Shown: positions 48,001 to 63,000 of the stretch, one piece after another
Numbering within the stretch: the first letter of the stretch is position 1
How the letters are laid out: each line of letters starts with the position of its first letter
Source: Eledone cirrhosa
Lineage: Eukaryota
DNA length: 64,000 nucleotides
Reading direction: 5' to 3'
NCBI GenBank assembly: GCA_964016885.1
Contig: OZ024759.1
Coordinates: 3,348,001-3,412,000, forward strand
Position numbers and translations under genes: made by a program
The notes under the pieces: generated by a model
What the model was told of the DNA's origin: nothing
Database searches by the model: none
What the model saw: the letters and a program-made list of their open reading frames with translations, nothing else

Positions 48001-51000
48001 GTGTGTCTACAGTGTCTGTGTGTCTACAATATGTGTCTACAGTGTCTGTGTCTACAGTGTCTGTGTGTCTACACTGTCTGTCTGTCTACAGTGTTTGTGT
48101 ATCTACAGTGTCTGTGTGTCTACAATGTATGTGTGTCTACAGTGTCTGTGTGTCTACGTCTGTGTGTCTACAGTGTCTGTGTGTCTACAGTGTATGTGTC
48201 TCTACATTGTCTGTGTGTCTACAGTGTCTGTGTCTACAGTGTCTGTGTGTCTACAGTGTCTGTGTGTCTACAGTGTCTGTGTGTCTACAGTGTCTCTGTG
48301 TCTACAGTGTCTGTGTCTACAGTGTCTGTCTGTCTACAGTGTCTGTGTCTACAGTGTCTGTGTGTCTACAATGTCTGTGTGTCTACAATGTCTGTGTGTC
48401 TACAGTGTCTGTGTCTACAGTGTCTGTGTGTCTACAGTGTCTGTGTGTCTACAGTGTCTGTGTCTACAGTGTCTGTGTGTCCACAGTGTCTGTGTCTACA
48501 GTGTCTGTGTCTACAGTGTCTGTGTGTCTACAGTGTCTGTGTCTACAGTGTCTGTGTGTCTACAGTGTCTGTGTGTCTACAATGTCTGTGTGTCTACAAT
48601 GTCTGTGTGTCTACAGTGTCTGTGTATCTACAGTGTCTGTGTGTCTACAGTGACTGTGTGTCTACAATGTCTGTGTGTCTACAATGTCTGTGTCTACAGT
48701 GTCTGTGTATCTACAGTGTCTGTGTGTCTACAATGCCTGTGTCTCTACATTGTCTGTGTCTACAGTGTCTGTGTGTCTACAATGTCTGTGTGTCTACAAT
48801 GTCTGTGTCTCTACAGTGTCTGTGTGTCTACAATGTCTGTGTGTTTACAATGTCTGTGTCTACAGTGTCTGTGTGTCTACAGTGTCTGTGTGTCTACAAT
48901 ATCTGTGTGTCTACAATATCTGTGTGTCTACAGTGTCTGTATCTACAGTGTCTGTGTCTCTACAGTGTCTGTGTCTACAATGTCTGTGTGTCTAAGGTGT
49001 CTGTGTGTCTACAGTGTCTGTGTGTCTACAATGTCTGTGTGTCTACAGTGACTGTGTGTCTACAGTGTCTGTGTGTCTAAAATGTCTGTGTCTACAGTTT
49101 CTGTGTGTCTACAGTGTCTGTGTGTCTACAATGTCTGTGTCTACAGTGTCTGTGTCTACAGTGTCTGTGTGTCTAAAATGTCTGTGTCTACAGTGACTGT
49201 GTGTCTACAGTGTCTACAATGTTTGTGTGTCTACAGTGTCTCTGTGTCTACAATGCCTGTGTCTACAGTGCCTGTGTCTACAATGACTGTGTGTCTACAG
49301 TGTCTGTGTGTCTACAGTGTCTGTGTCTACAGTGTCTGTGTGTCTACAGTGTCTGTGTGTCTACAGTGTCTGTGTGTCTACAGTGTCTCTGTGTCTACAA
49401 TGCCTGTGTCTACAGTGCCTGTGTCTACAATGTCTGTGTGTCTACAGTGTCTGTGTCTACAGTGTCTGTATGTCTACAGTGTCTGTGTGTCTACAATGTC
49501 TGTGTGTCTACAATGTCTGTGTGTCTACAATGTCTGTGTGTCTACAATGTCTGTGTGTCTACAGTGTCTGTGTGTCTACAGTGTCTGTGTGTCTACAGTG
49601 TCTGTGTGTCTACAGTGACTGTATATACAGTGTCTGTGTGTCTACAGTGTCTGTGTGTCTACAGTGTCTGTGTGTCTACAATGTCTGTGTCTACAGTGTC
49701 TGTGTGTCTAAAATGTCTGTGTCTACAGTTACTGTGTGTCTACAGTGTCTGTGTGTCTACAATGTCTGTGTGTCTACAGTGTCTGTGTGTCTACAGTGTC
49801 TGTGTGTCTACAATGTCTGTGTGTCTACAATGTCTGTGTGTCTACAGTGTCTGTGTGTCTACAGTGTCTGTGTGTCTACAGTGTCTGTGTCTACAGTGTC
49901 TGTGTGTCTACAGTGTCTGTGTGTCTACAATGTCTGTGTGTCTACAGTGTCTGTGTGTCTACAGTGTATGTGTCTACAGTGACTGTGTGTCTACAGTGTC
50001 TGTGTGTCTACAATGTTTGTGTGTCTACAGTGTCTCTGTGTCTACAATGCCTGTGTCTACAGTGCCTGTGTCAACAGTGCCTGTGTCTACAATGTCTGTG
50101 TGTCTACAGTGTCTGTGTGTCTACAGTGTCTGTGTGTCTACAGTGTCTGTGTCTACAGTGTCTGTGTGTCTACAATGTCTTTGTGTCTACAATGTCTGTG
50201 TGTCTACAGTGTCTGTGTCTACAGTGTCTGTGTGTCTACAGTGTCTGTGTCTACAGTGTCTGTGTGTCTACAGTGTCTGTGTGTCTACAGTGTCTGTGTC
50301 TACAGTGTCTGTGTGTCTACAGTGTCTGTGTCTACAGTGTCTGTGTGTCTACAGTGTCTGTGTGTCTACAATGTCTGTGTGTCTACAATGTCTGTGTGTC
50401 TACAGTGTCTGTGTGTCTACAGTGTCTGTGTGTCTACAGTGTCTGTGTGTCTACAGTGACTGTGTATCTACAGTGTCTGTGTGTCTACAATGCCTGTGTC
50501 TCTACATTGTCTGTGTCTACAGTGTCTGTGTGTCTACAATGTCTGTGTGTCTACAGTGTCTGTGTGTCTACAGTGTCTGTGTGTCTACAATGTCTGTGTC
50601 TCTACATTGTCTGTGTCTCTACAGTGTCTCTGTCTACAGTGTCTGTGTGTCTACAATGTCTGTGTGTCTACAATGTCTGTGTGTCTACAATGTCTGTGTG
50701 TCTACAATGTCTGTGTGTCTACAATGTCTGTGTGTCTACAGTGTCTCTGTGTCTACAGTGTCTGTGTGTCTACAGTGTCTGTGTTTCTACAGTGTCTGTG
50801 TGTCTACAGTGTCTGTGTGTGTACAGTGTCTGTGTCTACTGTGTCTACAGTGTCTGTGTCTACAGTGTCTGAGTCTACAATGTCTGTGTGTCTACAGTGT
50901 CTGTGTGTGTACAGTGTCTGTGTCTACAGTGTCTGAGTCTACAATGTCTGTGTGTCTACAATGCCTGTGTCTACAGTGTCCGTGTGTCTGTGTCTACAGT

Positions 51001-54000
51001 GTCTGTGTCTACAATACCTGTGTCTACAGTGTCTGTGTGTCTACAGTCTCTGAGTCTACAATGTCTGTGTGTCTACAATGCCTGTGTCTACAGTGTCCGT
51101 GTGTCTGTGTCTACAGTGTCTGTGAATACAATGCCTGTGTCTACAGTGTCTGTGTGTCTGTGTCTACAGTGTCTGTGTCTACAGTGTCTGAGTCTACAAT
51201 GTCTGTGTGTCTACAGTGTCTGTGTCTACAATGTCTGTGTCTACAGTGTCCGTGTGTCTGTCTACAGTGTCTGTGTGTCTACAGTGTCTGTGTCTACAGT
51301 GACTGTGTGTCTACAGTGTCTGTGTGTCTACAATATGTGTCTACAGTGTCTGTGTCTACAGTGTCTGTGTGTCTACACTGTCTGTCTGTCTACAGTGTTT
51401 GTGTATCTACAGTGTCTGTGTGTCTACAATGTATGTGTGTCTACAGTGTCTGTGTGTCTACGTCTGTGTGTCTACAGTGTCTGTGTGTCTACAGTGTATG
51501 TGTCTCTACATTGTCTGTGTGTCTACAGTGTCTGTGTGTCTACAGTGTCTGTGTGTCTACAGTGTCTGTGTGTCTACAGTGTCTGTGTCTACAGTGTCTG
51601 TCTGTCTACAGTGTCTGTGTCTACAGTGTCTGTGTGTCTACAATGTCTGTGTGTCTACAATGTCTGTGTGTCTACAGTGTCTGTGTCTACAGTGTCTGTG
51701 TGTCTACAGTGTCTGTGTGTCTACAGTGTCTGTGTCTACAGTGTCTGTGTGTCCACAGTGTCTGTGTCTACAGTGTCTGTGTGTCTACAGTGTCTGTGTC
51801 TACAGTGTCTGTGTGTCTACAGTGTCTGTGTCTACAGTGTCTGTGTGTCTACAGTGTCTGTGTGTCTACAATGTCTGTGTGTCTACAATGTCTGTGTGTC
51901 TACAGTGTCTGTGTATCTACAGTGTCTGTGTGTCTACAGTGACTGTGTGTCTACAATGTCTGTGTGTCTACAATGTCTGTGTCTACAGTGTCTGTGTATC
52001 TACAGTGTCTGTGTGTCTACAATGCCTGTGTCTCTACATTGTCTGTGTCTACAGTGTCTGTGTGTCTACAATGTCTGTGTGTCTACAATGTCTGTGTCTC
52101 TACAGTGTCTGTGTGTCTACAATGTCTGTGTGTTTACAATGTCTGTGTCTACAGTGTCTGTGTGTCTACAGTGTCTGTGTGTCTACAATATCTGTGTGTC
52201 TACAATATCTGTGTGTCTACAGTGTCTGTATCTACAGTGTCTGTGTCTCTACAGTGTCTGTGTCTACAATGTCTGTGTGTCTAAGGTGTCTGTGTGTCTA
52301 CAGTGTCTGTGTGTCTACAATGTCCGTGTGTCTACAGTGACTGTGTGTCTACAGTGTCTGTGTGTCTAAAATGTCTGTGTCTACAGTTTCTGTGTGTCTA
52401 CAGTGTCTGTGTGTCTACAATGTCTGTGTCTACAGTGTCTGTGTCTACAGTGTCTGTGTGTCTAAAATGTCTGTGTCTACAGTGACTGTGTGTCTACAGT
52501 GTCTACAATGTTTGTGTGTCTACAGTGTCTCTGTGTCTACAATGCCTGTGTCTACAGTGCCTGTGTCTACAATGACTGTGTGTCTACAGTGTCTGTGTGT
52601 CTACAGTGTCTGTGTCTACAGTGTCTGTGTGTCTACAGTGTCTGTGTGTCTACAGTGTCTGTGTGTCTACAGTGTCTCTGTGTCTACAATGCCTGTGTCT
52701 ACAGTGCCTGTGTCTACAATGTCTGTGTGTCTACAGTGTCTGTGTCTACAGTGTCTGTATGTCTACAGTGTCTGTGTGTCTACAATGTCTGTGTGTCTAC
52801 AATGTCTGTGTGTCTACAATGTCTGTGTGTCTACAATGTCTGTGTGTCTACAATGTCTGTGTGTCTACAGTGTCTGTGTGTCTACAGTGTCTGTGTGTCT
52901 ACAGTGTCTGTGTGTCTACAGTGACTGTATATACAGTGTCTGTGTGTCTACAGTGTCTGTGTGTCTACAGTGTCTGTGTGTCTACAATGTCTGTGTCTAC
53001 AGTGTCTGTGTGTCTAAAATGTCTGTGTCTACAGTTACTGTGTGTCTACAGTGTCTGTGTGTCTACAATGTCTGTGTGTCTACAGTGTCTGTGTGTCTAC
53101 AGTGTCTGTGTGTCTACAATGTCTGTGTGTCTACAATGTCTGTGTGTCTACAATGTCTGTGTGTCTACAGTGTCTGTGTGTCTACAGTGTCTGTGTGTCT
53201 ACAGTGTCTGTGTGTCTACAGTGACTGTATATACAGTGTCTGTGTGTCTACAGTGTCTGTGTGTCTACAGTGTCTGTGTGTCTACAATGCCTGTGTCTAC
53301 AGTGTATGTGTGTCTACAGTGTCTGTGTCTACTGTGTCTACAGTGTCTGTGTCTACAGTGTCTGAGTCTACAATGTCTGTGTGTCTACAGTGTCTGTGTG
53401 TGTACAGTGTCTGTGTCTACAGTGTCTGTGTCTACAGTGTCTGAGTCTACAATGTCTGTGTGTCTACAATGCCTGTGTCTACAGTGTCTGTGTGTCTGTG
53501 TCTACAGTGTCTGTGACTACAAAGCCTGTGTCTACAGTGTCTGTGTGTCTACAGTTTCTGTGTCTACAGTGTCTGTGTCTGCAGTGTCTGAGTCTACAAT
53601 GTCTGTGTGTCTACAGTGTCTGTGTCTACAGTGTCTGTGTGTCTACAGTGTCTGTGTGTCTACAATGTCTGTGTGTCTACAGTGTCTGTGTGTCTACAAT
53701 GTCGGTGTGTCTACAGTGTCTGTGTGTCTACAGTGTATGTGTCTACAGTGACTGTGTGTCTACAGTGTCTGTGTGTCTACAATGTTTGTGTGTCTACAGT
53801 GTCTCTGTGTCTACAATGCCTGTGTCTACAGTGCCTGTGTCAACAGTGCCTGTGTCTACAATGTCTGTGTGTCTACAGTGTCTGTGTGTCTACAGTGTCT
53901 GTGTGTCTACAGTGTCTGTGTGTCTACAGTGTCTGTGTTTCTACAGTGTCTGTGTGTCTACAGTGACTGTATATACAGTGTCTGTGTGTCTACAGTGTCT

Positions 54001-57000
54001 GTGTGTCTACAGTGTCTGTGTGTCTACAGTGTCTACAGTGTCTGTGTGTCTACAATATCTGTGTCTACAGTGTCTGTGTGTCTAAAATGTCTGTGTCTAC
54101 AGTGACTGTGTGTCTACAGTGTCTGTGTGTCTACAATGTCTGTGTGTCTACAGTGTCTGTGTGTCTACAGTGTCTCTGTGTCTACAATGCCTGTGTCTAC
54201 AGTGCCTGTGTCTACAATGTCTGTGTGTCTACAGTGTCTGTGTGTCTACAGTGTCTATGCCTAAGTGTCTGTGTGTCTACAGTGTCTGTGTCTACAGTGT
54301 CTGTGTGTCTACAGTGTCTGTGTCTACAATGTCTGTGTCTACAGTGTCCGTGTGTCTGTCTACAGTGTCTGTGTGTCTACAGTGTCTGTGTCTACAGTGA
54401 CTGTGTGTCTACAGTGTCTGTGTGTCTACAATATGTGTCTACAGTGTCTGTGTCTACAGTGTCTGTGTGTCTACACTGTCTGTCTGTCTACAGTGTTTGT
54501 GTATCTACAGTGTCTGTGTGTCTACAATGTATGTGTGTCTACAGTGTCTGTGTGTCTACGTCTGTGTGTCTACAGTGTCTGTGTGTCTACAGTGTATGTG
54601 TCTCTACATTGTCTGTGTGTCTACAGTGTCTGTGTCTACAGTGTCTGTGTGTCTACAGTGTCTGTGTGTCTACAGTGTCTGTGTGTCTACAGTGTCTGTG
54701 TGTCTACAGTGTCTGTGTCTACAGTGTCTGTCTGTCTACAGTGTCTGTGTCTACAGTGTCTGTGTGTCTACAATGTCTGTGTGTCTACAATGTCTGTGTG
54801 TCTACAGTGTCTGTGTCTACAGTGTCTGTGTGTCTACAGTGTCTGTGTGTCTACAGTGTCTGTGTCTACAGTGTCTGTGTGTCCACAGTGTCTGTGTCTA
54901 CAGTGTCTGTGTGTCTACAGTGTCTGTGTCTACAGTGTCTGTGTGTCTACAGTGTCTGTGTCTACAGTGTCTGTGTGTCTACAGTGTCTGTGTGTCTACA
55001 ATGTCTGTGTGTCTACAATGTCTGTGTGTCTACAGTGTCTGTGTATCTACAGTGTCTGTGTGTCTACAGTGACTGTGTGTCTACAATGTCTGTGTGTCTA
55101 CAATGTCTGTGTGTCTACAATGTCTGTGTGTCTACAATGTCTGTGTGTCTACAATGTCTGTGTGTCTACAATGTCTGTGTGTCTACAATGTCTGTGTGTC
55201 TACAGTGTCTGTGTGTCTACAGTGTCTGTGTGTCTACAGTGTCTGTGTTTCTACAGTGTCTGTGTGTCTACAGTGTCTGTGTGTGTACAGTGTCTGTGTC
55301 TACTGTGTCTACAGTGTCTGTGTCTACAGTGTCTGAGTCTACAATGTCTGTGTGTCTACAGTGTCTGTGTGTGTACAGTGTCTGTGTCTACAGTGTCTGA
55401 GTCTACAATGTCTGTGTGTCTACAATGCCTGTGTCTACAGTGTCCGTGTGTCTGTGTCTACAGTGTCTGTGTCTACAATACCTGTGTCTACAGTGTCTGT
55501 GTGTCTACAGTCTCTGAGTCTACAATGTCTGTGTGTCTACAATGCCTGTGTCTACAGTGTCCGTGTGTCTGTGTCTACAGTGTCTGTGAATACAATGCCT
55601 GTGTCTACAGTGTCTGTGTGTCTGTGTCTACAGTGTCTGTGTCTACAGTGTCTGAGTCTACAATGTCTGTGTGTCTACAGTGTCTGTGTCTACAATGTCT
55701 GTGTCTACAGTGTCCGTGTGTCTGTCTACAGTGTCTGTGTGTCTACAGTGTCTGTGTCTACAGTGACTGTGTGTCTACAGTGTCTGTGTGTCTACAATAT
55801 GTGTCTACAGTGTCTGTGTCTACAGTGTCTGTGTGTCTACACTGTCTGTCTGTCTACAGTGTTTGTGTATCTACAGTGTCTGTGTGTCTACAATGTATGT
55901 GTGTCTACAGTGTCTGTGTGTCTACGTCTGTGTGTCTACAGTGTCTGTGTGTCTACAGTGTATGTGTCTCTACATTGTCTGTGTGTCTACAGTGTCTGTG
56001 TCTACAGTGTCTGTGTGTCTACAGTGTCTGTGTGTCTACAGTGTCTGTGTGTCTACAGTGTCTGTGTGTCTACAGTGTCTGTGTCTACAGTGTCTGTCTG
56101 TCTACAGTGTCTGTGTCTACAGTGTCTGTGTGTCTACAATGTCTGTGTGTCTACAATGTCTGTGTGTCTACAGTGTCTGTGTCTACAGTGTCTGTGTGTC
56201 TACAGTGTCTGTGTCTACAGTGTCTGTGTGTCCACAGTGTCTGTGTCTACAGTGTCTGTGTGTCTACAGTGTCTGTGTCTACAGTGTCTGTGTGTCTACA
56301 GTGTCTGTGTCTACAGTGTCTGTGTGTCTACAGTGTCTGTGTGTCTACAATGTCTGTGTGTCTACAATGTCTGTGTGTCTACAATGTCTGTGTGTCTACA
56401 ATGTCTGTGTGTCTACAGTGTCTGTGTGTCTACAGTGTCTGTGTATCTACAGTGTCTGTGTGTCTACAGTGACTGTGTGTCTACAATGTCTGTGTGTCTA
56501 CAATGTCTGTGTCTACAGTGTCTGTGTATCTACAGTGTCTGTGTGTCTACAATGCCTGTGTCTCTACATTGTCTGTGTCTACAGTGACTGTGTGTCTACA
56601 GTGTCTGTGTGTCTACAATATGTGTCTACAGTGTCTGTGTCTACAGTGTCTGTGTGTCTACACTGTCTGTCTGTCTACAGTGTTTGTGTATCTACAGTGT
56701 CTGTGTGTCTACAATGTATGTGTGTCTACAGTGTCTGTGTGTCTACGTCTGTGTGTCTACAGTGTCTGTGTGTCTACAGTGTATGTGTCTCTACATTGTC
56801 TGTGTGTCTACAGTGTCTGTGTCTACAGTGTCTGTGTGTCTACAGTGTCTGTGTGTCTACAGTGTCTGTGTGTCTACAGTGTCTCTGTGTCTACAGTGTC
56901 TGTGTCTACAGTGTCTGTCTGTCTACAGTGTCTGTGTCTACAGTGTCTGTGTGTCTACAATGTCTGTGTGTCTACAATGTCTGTGTGTCTACAGTGTCTG

Positions 57001-60000
57001 TGTCTACAGTGTCTGTGTGTCTACAGTGTCTGTGTGTCTACAGTGTCTGTGTCTACAGTGTCTGTGTGTCCACAGTGTCTGTGTCTACAGTGTCTGTGTG
57101 TCTACAGTGTCTGTGTCTACAGTGTCTGTGTGTCTACAGTGTCTGTGTCTACAGTGTCTGTGTGTCTACAGTGTCTGTGTGTCTACAATGTCTGTGTGTC
57201 TACAATGTCTGTGTGTCTACAGTGTCTGTGTATCTACAGTGTCTGTGTGTCTACAGTGACTGTGTGTCTACAATGTCTGTGTGTCTACAATGTCTGTGTC
57301 TACAGTGTCTGTGTATCTACAGTGTCTGTGTGTCTACAATGCCTGTGTCTCTACATTGTCTGTGTCTACAGTGTCTGTGTGTCTACAATGTCTGTGTGTC
57401 TACAATGTCTGTGTCTCTACAGTGTCTGTGTGTCTACAATGTCTGTGTGTTTACAATGTCTGTGTCTACAGTGTCTGTGTGTCTACAGTGTCTGTGTGTC
57501 TACAATATCTGTGTGTCTACAATATCTGTGTGTCTACAGTGTCTGTATCTACAGTGTCTGTGTCTCTACAGTGTCTGTGTCTACAATGTCTGTGTGTCTA
57601 AGGTGTCTGTGTGTCTACAGTGTCTGTGTGTCTACAATGTCTGTGTGTCTACAGTGACTGTGTGTCTACAGTGTCTGTGTGTCTAAAATGTCTGTGTCTA
57701 CAGTTTCTGTGTGTCTACAGTGTCTGTGTGTCTACAATGTCTGTGTCTACAGTGTCTGTGTCTACAGTGTCTGTGTGTCTAAAATGTCTGTGTCTACAGT
57801 GACTGTGTGTCTACAGTGTCTACAATGTTTGTGTGTCTACAGTGTCTCTGTGTCTACAATGCCTGTGTCTACAGTGCCTGTGTCTACAATGACTGTGTGT
57901 CTACAGTGTCTGTGTGTCTACAGTGTCTGTGTCTACAGTGTCTGTGTGTCTACAGTGTCTGTGTGTCTACAGTGTCTGTGTGTCTACAATGCCTGTGTCT
58001 ACAGTGCCTGTGTCTACAATGTCTGTGTGTCTACAGTGTCTGTGTCTACAGTGTCTGTATGTCTACAGTGTCTGTGTGTCTACAATGTCTGTGTGTCTAC
58101 AATGTCTGTGTGTCTACAATGTCTGTGTGTCTACAATGTCTGTGTGTCTACAGTGTCTGTGTGTCTACAGTGTCTGTGTGTCTACAGTGTCTGTGTGTCT
58201 ACAGTGACTGTATATACAGTGTCTGTGTGTCTACAGTGTCTGTGTGTCTACAGTGTCTGTGTGTCTACAATGTCTGTGTCTACAGTGTCTGTGTGTCTAA
58301 AATGTCTGTGTCTACAGTTACTGTGTGTCTACAGTGTCTGTGTGTCTACAATGTCTGTGTGTCTACAGTGTCTGTGTGTCTACAGTGTCTGTGTGTCTAC
58401 AATGTCTGTGTGTCTACAATGTCTGTGTGTCTACAGTGTCTGTGTGTCTACAGTGTCTGTGTGTCTACAGTGTCTGTGTCTACAGTGTCTGTGTGTCTAC
58501 AGTGTCTGTGTGTCTACAATGTCTGTGTGTCTACAGTGTCTGTGTGTCTACAGTGTATGTGTCTACAGTGACTGTGTGTCTACAGTGTCTGTGTGTCTAC
58601 AATGTTTGTGTGTCTACAGTGTCTCTGTGTCTACAATGCCTGTGTCTACAGTGCCTGTGTCAACAGTGCCTGTGTCTACAATGTCTGTGTGTCTACAGTG
58701 TCTGTGTGTCTACAGTGTCTGTGTGTCTACAGTGTCTGTGTCTACAGTGTCTGTGTGTCTACAATGTCTTTGTGTCTACAATGTCTGTGTGTCTACAGTG
58801 TCTGTGTCTACAGTGTCTGTGTGTCTACAGTGTCTGTGTCTACAGTGTCTGTGTGTCTACAGTGTCTGTGTGTCTACAGTGTCTGTGTCTACAGTGTCTG
58901 TGTGTCTACAGTGTCTGTGTCTACAGTGTCTGTGTGTCTACAGTGTCTGTGTGTCTACAATGTCTGTGTGTCTACAATGTCTGTGTGTCTACAGTGTCTG
59001 TGTGTCTACAGTGTCTGTGTGTCTACAGTGTCTGTGTGTCTACAGTGACTGTGTATCTACAGTGTCTGTGTGTCTACAATGCCTGTGTCTCTACATTGTC
59101 TGTGTCTACAGTGTCTGTGTGTCTACAATGTCTGTGTGTCTACAGTGTCTGTGTGTCTACAGTGTCTGTGTGTCTACAATGTCTGTGTCTCTACATTGTC
59201 TGTGTCTCTACAGTGTCTCTGTCTACAGTGTCTGTGTGTCTACAATGTCTGTGTGTCTACAATGTCTGTGTGTCTACAATGTCTGTGTGTCTACAATGTC
59301 TGTGTGTCTACAATGTCTGTGTGTCTACAGTGTCTCTGTGTCTACAGTGTCTGTGTGTCTACAGTGTCTGTGTTTCTACAGTGTCTGTGTGTCTACAGTG
59401 TCTGTGTGTGTACAGTGTCTGTGTCTACTGTGTCTACAGTGTCTGTGTCTACAGTGTCTGAGTCTACAATGTCTGTGTGTCTACAGTGTCTGTGTGTGTA
59501 CAGTGTCTGTGTCTACAGTGTCTGAGTCTACAATGTCTGTGTGTCTACAATGCCTGTGTCTACAGTGTCCGTGTGTCTGTGTCTACAGTGTCTGTGTCTA
59601 CAATACCTGTGTCTACAGTGTCTGTGTGTCTACAGTCTCTGAGTCTACAATGTCTGTGTGTCTACAATGCCTGTGTCTACAGTGTCCGTGTGTCTGTGTC
59701 TACAGTGTCTGTGAATACAATGCCTGTGTCTACAGTGTCTGTGTGTCTGTGTCTACAGTGTCTGTGTCTACAGTGTCTGAGTCTACAATGTCTGTGTGTC
59801 TACAGTGTCTGTGTCTACAATGTCTGTGTCTACAGTGTCCGTGTGTCTGTCTACAGTGTCTGTGTGTCTACAGTGTCTGTGTCTACAGTGACTGTGTGTC
59901 TACAGTGTCTGTGTGTCTACAATATGTGTCTACAGTGTCTGTGTCTACAGTGTCTGTGTGTCTACACTGTCTGTCTGTCTACAGTGTTTGTGTATCTACA

Positions 60001-63000
60001 GTGTCTGTGTGTCTACAATGTATGTGTGTCTACAGTGTCTGTGTGTCTACGTCTGTGTGTCTACAGTGTCTGTGTGTCTACAGTGTATGTGTCTCTACAT
60101 TGTCTGTGTGTCTACAGTGTCTGTGTGTCTACAGTGTCTGTGTGTCTACAGTGTCTGTGTGTCTACAGTGTCTGTGTCTACAGTGTCTGTCTGTCTACAG
60201 TGTCTGTGTCTACAGTGTCTGTGTGTCTACAATGTCTGTGTGTCTACAATGTCTGTGTGTCTACAGTGTCTGTGTCTACAGTGTCTGTGTGTCTACAGTG
60301 TCTGTGTGTCTACAGTGTCTGTGTCTACAGTGTCTGTGTGTCCACAGTGTCTGTGTCTACAGTGTCTGTGTGTCTACAGTGTCTGTGTCTACAGTGTCTG
60401 TGTGTCTACAGTGTCTGTGTCTACAGTGTCTGTGTGTCTACAGTGTCTGTGTGTCTACAATGTCTGTGTGTCTACAATGTCTGTGTGTCTACAGTGTCTG
60501 TGTATCTACAGTGTCTGTGTGTCTACAGTGACTGTGTGTCTACAATGTCTGTGTGTCTACAATGTCTGTGTCTACAGTGTCTGTGTATCTACAGTGTCTG
60601 TGTGTCTACAATGCCTGTGTCTCTACATTGTCTGTGTCTACAGTGTCTGTGTGTCTACAATGTCTGTGTGTCTACAATGTCTGTGTCTCTACAGTGTCTG
60701 TGTGTCTACAATGTCTGTGTGTTTACAATGTCTGTGTCTACAGTGTCTGTGTGTCTACAGTGTCTGTGTGTCTACAATATCTGTGTGTCTACAATATCTG
60801 TGTGTCTACAGTGTCTGTATCTACAGTGTCTGTGTCTCTACAGTGTCTGTGTCTACAATGTCTGTGTGTCTAAGGTGTCTGTGTGTCTACAGTGTCTGTG
60901 TGTCTACAATGTCCGTGTGTCTACAGTGACTGTGTGTCTACAGTGTCTGTGTGTCTAAAATGTCTGTGTCTACAGTTTCTGTGTGTCTACAGTGTCTGTG
61001 TGTCTACAATGTCTGTGTCTACAGTGTCTGTGTCTACAGTGTCTGTGTGTCTAAAATGTCTGTGTCTACAGTGACTGTGTGTCTACAGTGTCTACAATGT
61101 TTGTGTGTCTACAGTGTCTCTGTGTCTACAATGCCTGTGTCTACAGTGCCTGTGTCTACAATGACTGTGTGTCTACAGTGTCTGTGTGTCTACAGTGTCT
61201 GTGTCTACAGTGTCTGTGTGTCTACAGTGTCTGTGTGTCTACAGTGTCTGTGTGTCTACAGTGTCTCTGTGTCTACAATGCCTGTGTCTACAGTGCCTGT
61301 GTCTACAATGTCTGTGTGTCTACAGTGTCTGTGTCTACAGTGTCTGTATGTCTACAGTGTCTGTGTGTCTACAATGTCTGTGTGTCTACAATGTCTGTGT
61401 GTCTACAATGTCTGTGTGTCTACAATGTCTGTGTGTCTACAATGTCTGTGTGTCTACAGTGTCTGTGTGTCTACAGTGTCTGTGTGTCTACAGTGACTGT
61501 ATATACAGTGTCTGTGTGTCTACAGTGTCTGTGTGTCTACAGTGTCTGTGTGTCTACAATGTCTGTGTCTACAGTGTCTGTGTGTCTAAAATGTCTGTGT
61601 CTACAGTTACTGTGTGTCTACAGTGTCTGTGTGTCTACAATGTCTGTGTGTCTACAGTGTCTGTGTGTCTACAGTGTCTGTGTGTCTACAATGTCTGTGT
61701 GTCTACAATGTCTGTGTGTCTACAATGTCTGTGTGTCTACAGTGTCTGTGTGTCTACAGTGTCTGTGTGTCTACAGTGTCTGTGTGTCTACAGTGACTGT
61801 ATATACAGTGTCTGTGTGTCTACAGTGTCTGTGTGTCTACAGTGTCTGTGTGTCTACAATGCCTGTGTCTACAGTGTATGTGTGTCTACAGTGTCTGTGT
61901 CTACTGTGTCTACAGTGTCTGTGTCTACAGTGTCTGAGTCTACAATGTCTGTGTGTCTACAGTGTCTGTGTGTGTACAGTGTCTGTGTCTACAGTGTCTG
62001 TGTCTACAGTGTCTGAGTCTACAATGTCTGTGTGTCTACAATGCCTGTGTCTACAGTGTCTGTGTGTCTGTGTCTACAGTGTCTGTGACTACAAAGCCTG
62101 TGTCTACAGTGTCTGTGTGTCTACAGTTTCTGTGTCTACAGTGTCTGTGTCTGCAGTGTCTGAGTCTACAATGTCTGTGTGTCTACAGTGTCTGTGTCTA
62201 CAGTGTCTGTGTGTCTACAGTGTCTGTGTGTCTACAATGTCTGTGTGTCTACAGTGTCTGTGTGTCTACAATGTCGGTGTGTCTACAGTGTCTGTGTGTC
62301 TACAGTGTATGTGTCTACAGTGACTGTGTGTCTACAGTGTCTGTGTGTCTACAATGTTTGTGTGTCTACAGTGTCTCTGTGTCTACAATGCCTGTGTCTA
62401 CAGTGCCTGTGTCAACAGTGCCTGTGTCTACAATGTCTGTGTGTCTACAGTGTCTGTGTGTCTACAGTGTCTGTGTGTCTACAGTGTCTGTGTGTCTACA
62501 GTGTCTGTGTTTCTACAGTGTCTGTGTGTCTACAGTGACTGTATATACAGTGTCTGTGTGTCTACAGTGTCTGTGTGTCTACAGTGTCTGTGTGTCTACA
62601 GTGTCTACAGTGTCTGTGTGTCTACAATATCTGTGTCTACAGTGTCTGTGTGTCTAAAATGTCTGTGTCTACAGTGACTGTGTGTCTACAGTGTCTGTGT
62701 GTCTACAATGTCTGTGTGTCTACAGTGTCTGTGTGTCTACAGTGTCTCTGTGTCTACAATGCCTGTGTCTACAGTGCCTGTGTCTACAATGTCTGTGTGT
62801 CTACAGTGTCTGTGTGTCTACAGTGTCTATGCCTAAGTGTCTGTGTGTCTACAGTGTCTGTGTCTACAGTGTCTGTGTGTCTACAGTGTCTGTGTGTCTA
62901 CAATGTCTGTGTGTCTACAATGTCTGTGTGTCTACAATGTCTGTGTGTCTACAGTGTCTGTGTGTCTACAGTGTCTGTGTGTCTACAGTGACTGTATATA

